Assembly (NCBI RefSeq): GCF_000734015.1
Contig: NZ_CP008796.1
Coordinates: 1,620,001-1,652,000 of the forward strand
Direction: 5' to 3'
Source: Thermodesulfobacterium commune DSM 2178
GTDB taxonomy: Bacteria > Desulfobacterota > Thermodesulfobacteria > Thermodesulfobacteriales > Thermodesulfobacteriaceae
DNA: 32,000 nucleotides
The translations under genes were made by a program, and so were the position numbers. Shown here piece by piece: positions 25,666 to 32,000 of the stretch (within the stretch, counting starts at the first letter, position 1; every line of letters starts with the position of its first letter). The notes below the pieces were generated by a model, which ran no database searches, was not told where the DNA came from, and saw nothing but the letters and a program-made list of their open reading frames with translations.

Positions 25666-26867
25666 AAGGGTATGTTTTAGAACAGATAGAACCCTCAAAG
25701 TTTGTTTTACAGATGGGTCCTCACCATCCAGCTACCCATGGAGTGTTAAAGCTTTTTTTAGAACTTGAGGGGGAAAGGGTTGCCCGCTGTAGGCCTGAGG
25801 TAGGGTATCTTCATCGAGGTATAGAAAAGCTTGCTGAGACTAAAACCTATCCTCAAGTTGTACCTTTAACCGATAGGTTAGATTACATCGCAAGCATGAT
25901 AAACAACGTAGGTTATTGTGTGGCTGTTGAGAGACTTTTAGGGATAGAGCCTCCTCCAAGAGCTAAGTTTCTCCGTACTATGGTCTGCGAATTGTCAAGG
26001 ATTAGCAATCATTTACTTTGGTTAGCTACTCATGCCCTTGATATAGGTGCGATGACAGTCTTTCTTTATTGTTTTAGAGAAAGAGAACAGATCCTCTGGT
26101 TTTTAGAAGAAATTTGCGGAGCAAGGCTTACCTTTAGTTATCCAAGAATAGGAGGAGTAAGGATTGATGTAGAAGAAAAAACCTTAGAAAAAATAGACAG
26201 GTTTATCGATGGATTTTTTCAAAAAATAGATGAATACGAGGGTTTGCTTACAGAAAACAGGATTTGGATAGCCCGTACCAGAGGGGTTGGAGTTATAAAT
26301 CCTGAAGATGCTATAGCTTATGGTCTTACAGGTCCCAGTCTTAGGGGTTCGGGAATAAACTATGATGTAAGAAAACATTTCCCTTATGACGCATACAGTG
26401 AGGTAGATTTTGAGGTCCCGGTAGGAAAACACGGAGATACCTATGATAGATATTTATGTCGTGTCCAAGAGATGAGGCAATCTGCTAAAATAGTTAAACA
26501 ATGTATTCAGAAAATGCCAGAAGGAAGTATCCTGGCAGAAAACGCTATAGAGTTAGACCTTCCCCCTTCTGGTAAAAAAAAGCTTCATCCAGAAGGTTGG
26601 TCTACCGGTGCTTTTATTTCTTTTTTAAAAGAGAAGGAACCTCTTTTACCTGAAGGGGAAATCTATTCAGCAGTAGAAGGGGCAAAAGGAGAACTTGGGT
26701 TTTTTATCATAAGTGATGGGTCAGGGAGACCTTACCGGGTAAGGATTAGGGTGCCCTCTTTTATACATATTTCAGCCATTCCTAAGCTTGCAGAGGGTCA
26801 GTTTTTGGCAGACGTGGTAGCCATCATCGGAACCCTTGATATCGTTATGGGAGAGGCTGATAAATGA
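25662..26867 (+). CDS. nuoD: Complex I subunit D (49-kDa/Nqo4), quinone-site type, not a [NiFe] hydrogenase large subunit
   Basis: [43 protein letters not shown] and C-terminal [12 protein letters not shown]. It has no RxCGxC or DPCxxC Ni-binding cysteines. ATGA overlap with nuoB. Confidence 0.9.
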   Translation: MKGYVLEQIEPSKFVLQMGPHHPATHGVLKLFLELEGERVARCRPEVGYLHRGIEKLAETKTYPQVVPLTDRLDYIASMINNVGYCVAVERLLGIEPPPRAKFLRTMVCELSRISNHLLWLATHALDIGAMTVFLYCFREREQILWFLEEICGARLTFSYPRIGGVRIDVEEKTLEKIDRFIDGFFQKIDEYEGLLTENRIWIARTRGVGVINPEDAIAYGLTGPSLRGSGINYDVRKHFPYDAYSEVDFEVPVGKHGDTYDRYLCRVQEMRQSAKIVKQCIQKMPEGSILAENAIELDLPPSGKKKLHPEGWSTGAFISFLKEKEPLLPEGEIYSAVEGAKGELGFFIISDGSGRPYRVRIRVPSFIHISAIPKLAEGQFLADVVAIIGTLDIVMGEADK

Positions 26868-27424
26868 AACAACTGTTAAAAAAGATCTTGTTGATAGACC
26901 TTATAAAAGGGCTTTTAATCACCTTAAGAACCATTTTTACCCAGCCGGTTACCATAAGATACCCCAAACAAAAAAGAGAGATCGCTCCAGGTTTTAGAGG
27001 AAGACATGCCTTAGTTAGAGACCCTGAAACAGGTAAAGAGAGATGTGTGGCCTGTTTAAGATGTGCAAGAGTTTGTCCTTCTCAGTGCATCTACATCGGA
27101 TACAAGGAAGATGAAACCTCAGGAAGAAGAGTGCTTACTAAATATGAAATTGAGGCCTTTAGATGTGTTTATTGTGGATATTGTGTAGAGGTATGCCCTG
27201 TAAATGCTATCGTCCTTACTGAGTTTTATGAGTATGCAGCATACGATAAAGAGGAAAATTACTTTACCAAAGAAAAGTTACTTCAAAACTGGGATGAGTT
27301 TTTAAGTCTTTATAAGCACCAAGAATATATAAACAAATTCTGGTATCTAAGAGGGATAGAAAGGATAAGACTTCCTTATGAAAAAAGGTTTCCTACCCCT
27401 ATCAGGATTAAAAAGGAGGGTTAG
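26864..27424 (+). CDS. nuoI: Complex I subunit I (TYKY/Nqo9), 2x[4Fe-4S]
   Basis: CVACLRCARVCPSQCI and CVYCGYCVEVCPVNAI. N-terminal amphipathic/TM segment. ATGA overlap with nuoD. Confidence 0.85.
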   Translation: MKQLLKKILLIDLIKGLLITLRTIFTQPVTIRYPKQKREIAPGFRGRHALVRDPETGKERCVACLRCARVCPSQCIYIGYKEDETSGRRVLTKYEIEAFRCVYCGYCVEVCPVNAIVLTEFYEYAAYDKEENYFTKEKLLQNWDEFLSLYKHQEYINKFWYLRGIERIRLPYEKRFPTPIRIKKEG

Positions 27425-27427
27425 CCT

Positions 27428-27811
27428 GTGACCCCAGGTACTTACTTACCGATAAAATACTTGCCTGTTTTTTTGATGTTAATTTTGGCTACCATTTTTA
27501 GTGTGGCCGCGATTTTTATAAATCAATTGCTTAGTCCAAAGAAAAAGACCGCTGTGAAACTTATGGCCTATGAATCAGGTAATTTGCCTTCAGGAGAGGT
27601 AAGAGAAAGGTTCTTCATCGGTTATTATGTGTTAGCTATCCTTTTTGTGGTGTTTGACGTGGAGTTGGTCTTTCTTTTTCCTTGGGCCTTAACCTTTAAT
27701 AGCCTTGGTTTCCTTGGTTTCTGGGGGATGCTGTTTTTTATCTTTCTTATTTTGTTAGGCTATTTTTATGAGATCAAAAAGGAGGCTTTGGAATGGTTGA
27801 AGAGATCTTAA
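27428..27811 (+). CDS. nuoA: Complex I subunit A (ND3)
   Basis: 127 aa with three TM helices and the conserved YESG...FDVE..FLFPWA pattern. GTG start with GGAGGG 7 nt upstream. Confidence 0.8.
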   Translation: MTPGTYLPIKYLPVFLMLILATIFSVAAIFINQLLSPKKKTAVKLMAYESGNLPSGEVRERFFIGYYVLAILFVVFDVELVFLFPWALTFNSLGFLGFWGMLFFIFLILLGYFYEIKKEALEWLKRS

Positions 27812-28275
27812 AGGACCTTCAACAGCAATTTAAAGAAGAAATTTTAGAGATAGGAGAGTTTAGAAAACAGAAGTTTTTGGTGGTAAAAAAAGATAAAGTA
27901 AAAGCTGTTTTAAGGTGGCTTAAAGAGAATTGGAGTTTTAACTATCTGCAAGACCTTTTTGGGGTAGATTTTTTAGGGAAGATCCCTCGTTTTGCGGTAG
28001 TTTATCAGCTTTATAGCCTTCCTAATAAGGTTCAGCTTAGGATAAAAGCCCTTATCGATGAAGAAGACCTTACCATAGACAGTGTAGTAGACCTTTGGCC
28101 TGTTGCCAACTGGTTAGAAAGGGAATGCTATGACATGTTTGGGATCGTTTTTAAAGGGCATCCAGATTTAAAAAGGATTTACATGCCAGAAGACTGGAAA
28201 GGTTATCCTTTGAGAAAAGATTATCCTGTTAAAGGGGAAGGCCCCTGGGATGGAGTAAAGGACCTAATCCGTTAG
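27793..28275 (+). CDS. nuoC: Complex I subunit C (30-kDa/Nqo5)
   Basis: LRWLKEN..F..L.DL.GVD...RF.VVYQL.S...RIK...VDLWP.ANW.ERE.YDMFGI.F.GHPDL.RI is the canonical NuoC signature. It overlaps nuoA by 19 nt. Confidence 0.85.
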   Translation: MVEEILKDLQQQFKEEILEIGEFRKQKFLVVKKDKVKAVLRWLKENWSFNYLQDLFGVDFLGKIPRFAVVYQLYSLPNKVQLRIKALIDEEDLTIDSVVDLWPVANWLERECYDMFGIVFKGHPDLKRIYMPEDWKGYPLRKDYPVKGEGPWDGVKDLIR

Positions 28276-28296
28276 ACTTAGGGAGAAGGACAAACC

Positions 28297-29310
28297 ATGG
28301 ATAGAACTTTAGATTTTTATCAGTTTGGTTTTTTGGTTTTAAAAACTGTATTTATCTTTGCTATAACCTTGGTGCATGTGGCCTTTACCACCTATGCTGA
28401 AAGAAAGATAATCGGAAGAGCTCAGGCACGTTTTGGTCCAAAAGAAGTAGGACCTCATGGTATTCTTCAGCCTTTAGCTGATTTTTTAAAAATTTTCGGA
28501 AAAGAAAACATAATCCCTCAATCTGCCTATCAACCGGTATTTAAGATAGCTCCGATCATAGTTTTTGCTTTTACCGCGGTTAATCTTACGGTCATCCCTT
28601 TTGAGCAAGGTTTTATTTTAGCAGACCTAAATGTAGGAGTTCTTTTTATTCTGGCTTCAGCCAGTTTGGCTGTATATGGAATTATCCTTGCAGGTTGGTC
28701 TTCTAACAGTAGATATTCCTTTTTAGGTGGATTAAGGGCAGCTGCTCAGGTGTTGAGTTATGAAATTGCTCTAACACTAAGCTTAGCCTCTGTAGTTCTT
28801 ATGGCAGGTTCTCTTAAGCTGAGCGATATTGTCCTTGCTCAACATAACTCACTTTTTGGTTTTTATGCCATACCTCAAATAATAGGTTTCGTAGTTTTTG
28901 TAGTTGCTGCCTTTGCTGAAACCAACAGGACCCCTTTTGACCTTCCTGAGGCAGAACCCGAGCTGGTTGCAGGGTATCTAACCGAATATAGTGCTTTTAG
29001 GTATGCCTTGTTTTTCCTCGGAGAATATACAGCTATGTATATCATGGCAAGCCTGGCAGCGCTGTGTTATTTAGGTGGATGGACCGTTCCTAAATATGTG
29101 ATGGCTATTCTTCCTTTTTTGAAGTGGATACCAGGATGGGTGTGGTTTTTGTTAAAGGTGTATCTTTTTATCTTTCTTTATATCTGGGTTAGGGCTACTT
29201 TCCCAAGATACAGGTTTGACCAGTTATTAAGTCTTGGATGGAAAGTTCTAATACCTTTGGGATTTGTGAACCTTTTTATTACCATCTTGTTTAAAAAGTT
29301 GTTTGCATAG
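28297..29310 (+). CDS. nuoH: Complex I subunit H (ND1)
   Basis: ERKIIGRAQARFGP...GILQPLAD..K...KE, then ETNRTPFDLPEAEPELVAGY.TEYS is the canonical NuoH signature. Confidence 0.9.
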   Translation: MDRTLDFYQFGFLVLKTVFIFAITLVHVAFTTYAERKIIGRAQARFGPKEVGPHGILQPLADFLKIFGKENIIPQSAYQPVFKIAPIIVFAFTAVNLTVIPFEQGFILADLNVGVLFILASASLAVYGIILAGWSSNSRYSFLGGLRAAAQVLSYEIALTLSLASVVLMAGSLKLSDIVLAQHNSLFGFYAIPQIIGFVVFVVAAFAETNRTPFDLPEAEPELVAGYLTEYSAFRYALFFLGEYTAMYIMASLAALCYLGGWTVPKYVMAILPFLKWIPGWVWFLLKVYLFIFLYIWVRATFPRYRFDQLLSLGWKVLIPLGFVNLFITILFKKLFA

Positions 29311-29319
29311 GAGAAAAGG

Positions 29320-29841
29320 ATGGTTCTACAAGGTCTTTTTCTTTATTTTGCCTTGATGATTTTAGGGACAGGGATTTTAGGTATTACTCAGAAAAATCCT
29401 GTAAAAAGTTTGCTCTGGATTTTATTAACCTTTGTGCATTTAGGAGGGTTGTATCTTTTACTTAATGCAGAATTTTTAGCGGTGGTACAGATTATAGTTT
29501 ATGCAGGGGCGATCTTGGTGATGTTTTTGTTTGTCATCTTTCTGTTAGACCTGAAAGAGGAAGAAAAAGGTGAGGTGTTTTTAAAGTCTTGGCAGTTAAG
29601 AGTTTGGGCTATTCTTTTGCTGGTGTTTTTTTTAGTAATAGGTGGTTTGAATTATAAGATTTTTTATCAAGGTCCTTATACCATAGAGTTTATAGAAAAG
29701 GAAGGACACAGTAAAGCCTTAGGCTTGGTTCTTTTTAGCGACTATGTTTATCCTCTTATTTTGTTAGGGTTTATCCTTTTAGTACCCCTTATTGGGATAG
29801 GAATTATGCTTTTTGGGAGGAAGACTAATGGTTCCTCTTAG
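29320..29841 (+). CDS. nuoJ: Complex I subunit J (ND6)
   Basis: 173 aa with five TM helices. The AEFLAVVQIIVYAGAILVMFLFVI motif is typical of NuoJ. Confidence 0.8.
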   Translation: MVLQGLFLYFALMILGTGILGITQKNPVKSLLWILLTFVHLGGLYLLLNAEFLAVVQIIVYAGAILVMFLFVIFLLDLKEEEKGEVFLKSWQLRVWAILLLVFFLVIGGLNYKIFYQGPYTIEFIEKEGHSKALGLVLFSDYVYPLILLGFILLVPLIGIGIMLFGRKTNGSS

Positions 29842-30133
29842 CTGGTATCTTATTGTAAGCTTTTGTCTTTTTGGGATAGGTCTGGTAGGTTTTCTTATCA
29901 GAAGAAACCTGATAATGTTACTTCTTTCTATAGAGATTATGCTTAATGCAGTCAATCTTTCTTTAGTGGCTTTAGGCCATTATTTACAAGACATAAGACC
30001 TCAGGTTATGGCGCTTTTTATCATAGGGTGTGCTGCTGGAGCTGTAGCTGTGGGTCTTATTCTCTTGGTTATAACCTATCGTAATAAAGCAACCTTAAAA
30101 GTAGACGAATTCAATTTATTGAGGGAAGACTAA
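29828..30133 (+). CDS. nuoK: Complex I subunit K (ND4L)
   Basis: LGFLIRRNLIMLLLSIEIMLNAVNL contains the conserved TM2 Glu. I chose the start at ATG 29828 with GGGAGG 8 nt upstream. The ORF-track TTG at 29813 is less likely. Confidence 0.85.
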   Translation: MVPLSWYLIVSFCLFGIGLVGFLIRRNLIMLLLSIEIMLNAVNLSLVALGHYLQDIRPQVMALFIIGCAAGAVAVGLILLVITYRNKATLKVDEFNLLRED

Positions 30134-30134
30134 G

Positions 30135-31616
30135 ATGGTAGTAGAAACCTCTATCACACCTTTACTCTGTGTGCTGGTTTCTCTTTTAGCTATACCCTTT
30201 ATCATCGCTACCGGAGAAAGGAATCCTAACTTAAGAGAATTCTGGTCTGTTTTGGCAGGTATAATCAAATTTATCTTGGTTTTATCGATGGTCCCTGAGG
30301 TAGTTTCAGGAAAGATTTTAGAGTTTGAAGTTTTCTCTATACTTCCTGGGATCTCTTTGAAGTTTAGAGTAGATGCGATGGGACTGCTTTTTGCCCTTGG
30401 AGCCTCATTTTTATGGATCATTACTACGTTTTATTCTATAGGATACATGAGGGGCCATCACGAACAAAAACAAACTCGATTTTATGCTTGTTTTGCTGGT
30501 GCACTTTCTTCTACCATAGGGGTTGCCTTTTCTGCCAACCTTTTTACGATGTTTTTATTTTACGAAGCCCTTACCTTTGTAACCTATCCTTTAGTGGCTC
30601 ATCATGAGACACAAGAGGCTCGAGCCGGGGCGAGAAAGTATGCCATTTATTTGATAGGTTCTGCTAAGCTGTTTTTGGTAGCAGCCATAACCATCACCTA
30701 TCTTTTAGCAGGTACCCTTGAGTTTCAAAAAGGAGGAATCTTCCCTAGCCATATAGTAGAGGCTCATCGAGGACTTTTAAGTGTACTTTTTCTTATGTAT
30801 TTTTATGGGTTTGCCAAGGCTGCTGCGATGCCTTTACATGGTTGGCTTCCTGCGGCGATGGTGGCTCCTACTCCAGTTTCTGCCCTTCTTCATGCGGTAG
30901 CGGTGGTAAAAACCGGGGTTTTTACCGTGTTAAGAACCATATTTTTTGTGTTTGGTCAAGAAACGATGAAACTTCTTTATACCACGGATTTGGCTCTTTT
31001 TATAGCAGCTTTTACCATTACCACTGCTTCGATCATTGCCCTTACCAGAGATAACTTAAAAGCAAGGCTTGCCTATTCAACCGTTAGCCAACTTTCATAC
31101 ATCTTACTCGGTGCTCTTTTGCTTACCTATCATGGTACTATCGGAAGCATTATCCATATCTCTAACCATGCCTTTGCCAAAATAACCCTCTTTTTTTGTG
31201 CTGGCTCTATCTATGTTTGTGCTCACAAAACTGAGGTTAGTCAACTCGACGGTATAGCGAAAAAACTACCTATTACCATGGCCTCTTTTACGATAGGAGC
31301 ACTTGGTATGGTAGGTATCCCTATGGTAGGAGGCTTTATTACCAAATGGTATCTCCTTCTTGGTACCATAGAAGCCCACAATTTTTGGACCTTAGTTGTC
31401 CTTCTTTCTAGTTCTTTACTTAATGCAGGCTATTTTTTTCCCATAGTTTATAGAGCTTATTTTAAGGAATATAAGGGAGAAGGGCATGAAACCCATCATC
31501 CAGTCAAAGAAAACCCTTTTATGGCTACTACCCTTTTGATTACAGCTATCATCAGCGTTATTTTAGGTCTTTATCCGGACTTTTTAATAAACCTTGCTAA
31601 GGAGGTTATTAGGTGA
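30135..31616 (+). CDS. Antiporter-like proton-translocating subunit (NuoN/NuoM/MrpD family), 493 aa
   Basis: FLFYEALTFVTYPL (TM5 Glu) and HGWLPAAMVAPTPVSALLHAVAVVKTG (TM7-8 Lys/His region) are typical of Mrp-type antiporter-like subunits. The length is too short for NuoL and I saw no obvious long lateral-helix extension. Confidence 0.85.
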   Translation: MVVETSITPLLCVLVSLLAIPFIIATGERNPNLREFWSVLAGIIKFILVLSMVPEVVSGKILEFEVFSILPGISLKFRVDAMGLLFALGASFLWIITTFYSIGYMRGHHEQKQTRFYACFAGALSSTIGVAFSANLFTMFLFYEALTFVTYPLVAHHETQEARAGARKYAIYLIGSAKLFLVAAITITYLLAGTLEFQKGGIFPSHIVEAHRGLLSVLFLMYFYGFAKAAAMPLHGWLPAAMVAPTPVSALLHAVAVVKTGVFTVLRTIFFVFGQETMKLLYTTDLALFIAAFTITTASIIALTRDNLKARLAYSTVSQLSYILLGALLLTYHGTIGSIIHISNHAFAKITLFFCAGSIYVCAHKTEVSQLDGIAKKLPITMASFTIGALGMVGIPMVGGFITKWYLLLGTIEAHNFWTLVVLLSSSLLNAGYFFPIVYRAYFKEYKGEGHETHHPVKENPFMATTLLITAIISVILGLYPDFLINLAKEVIR

Positions 31617-31762
31617 GCTTGCCTCAGGAAGATATAGCCCAAGAAAGACAAATACTAAAACATAACCCCTGGCCAGGATACAAAAGGGCATTTTACATAG
31701 TTTTTACCATTGCTGTTTTGTATTTGTTTTTCATCTTTTATCTGGGATACAGGCCTCACTAA
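31613..31762 (+). CDS. Small single-TM protein (49 aa), unknown function; absent from the ORF track
   Basis: My translation from GTG 31613 (GTGA overlap with the antiporter-like gene; AAGGAGG 7 nt upstream): MSLPQEDIAQERQILKHNPWPGYKRAFYIVFTIAVLYLFFIFYLGYRPH. Confidence 0.35.
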   Translation: MSLPQEDIAQERQILKHNPWPGYKRAFYIVFTIAVLYLFFIFYLGYRPH

Positions 31763-31776
31763 AGGGGGGTACCTTT

Positions 31777-32000
31777 ATGCAAGAAGAAAAAAAAGGTTTT
31801 TTTGATTATCAGGAAAACGTTAAGAGGTTTTTAAGAGGGTTTTATCTATTTTTGGTGCTGGTAGTTTTAATAGACCCTTTTATCCATAAACATGCTTATT
31901 TCGGTTTTGATGGTTATCCTTCTTTTTATGGAACCTTTGGTTTTGTAGCCTGTGTGTTGTTGGTGTTAGCAGCAAAGCACATTTTAAGGCCTCTGGTAAT
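31777..32000 (+). CDS. Membrane protein of unknown function, N-terminal part only (runs off the window end)
   Basis: ATG 31777 with GGGGGG 7 nt upstream: MQEEKKGFFDYQENVKRFLRGFYLFLVLVVLIDPFIHKHAYFGFDGYPSFYGTFGFVACVLLVLAAKHILRPLV... The frame is open to the edge and shows two hydrophobic helices. Confidence 0.4.
   Translation, partial: MQEEKKGFFDYQENVKRFLRGFYLFLVLVVLIDPFIHKHAYFGFDGYPSFYGTFGFVACVLLVLAAKHILRPLV

Noticed and set aside
25662-26867. The possibility that the NuoD-like gene is a [NiFe] hydrogenase large subunit. That would make the locus a formate-hydrogenlyase, Ech or Mbh-type hydrogenase.
   Set aside because: The N-terminal RxCGxCxxxH and C-terminal DPCxxCxxH/R nickel-binding motifs are absent. 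The sequence has the complex I type HPATHGVL and LDY quinone-site motifs and ends in [12 protein letters not shown].
1-32000. I scanned for CRISPR arrays, IS elements and transposases, integrases, phage genes, tRNA and rRNA.
   Set aside because: I saw no direct-repeat/spacer periodicity, no transposase- or integrase-like ORFs, no terminal inverted repeats and no tRNA-like cloverleaf regions. The intergenic regions are short and AT-rich.

Overview
AT-rich, densely coding bacterial chromosomal window. I saw no rRNA, tRNA, CRISPR array, transposase or integrase. The content is almost entirely anaerobic energy metabolism. By inference it comes from a thermophilic sulfate- or sulfur-metabolising bacterium of the Thermodesulfobacteria type; this guess rests on the protein set and AT-rich sequence, not on any search.

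Minus strand, 1-11924: two ATGA-coupled polytopic membrane proteins; two diverged PaaK-type aryl-CoA ligase plus ACT-protein modules; a MoeA-PBP fusion; FdhE; and a periplasmic selenocysteine formate dehydrogenase FdhAB. In FdhA an in-frame TGA splits the ORF track into two ORFs, and a GC-rich SECIS-like hairpin follows the TGA.

Plus strand, 12229-15195: an orphan EncFtn-like half-ferritin with an acidic tail, LptD, and RlmH, which has no canonical start codon.

Plus strand, 15294-32000: one co-directional respiratory supercluster in two parts. (i) A chimeric Tmc/Hmc transmembrane redox complex: Trp-rich repeat protein, NarI/HmcE-like cytochrome b, HdrD/HmcF-like subunit, 16-heme HmcA, a 38-aa TM peptide missing from the ORF track, HmcB and HmcC. 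(ii) The most interesting locus: a Tat-less Psr/Phs-type molybdopterin oxidoreductase and a four-cluster FeS subunit, tightly linked or translationally coupled to a gene-order-scrambled complex I operon (nuoB-D-I-A-C-H-J-K plus a single antiporter-like subunit) that lacks NuoEFG. This suggests a Mo/W enzyme acting as the electron-input or electron-output module of a proton-pumping complex I.

All functional calls come from motif recognition in the translated ORFs. No database search was run.
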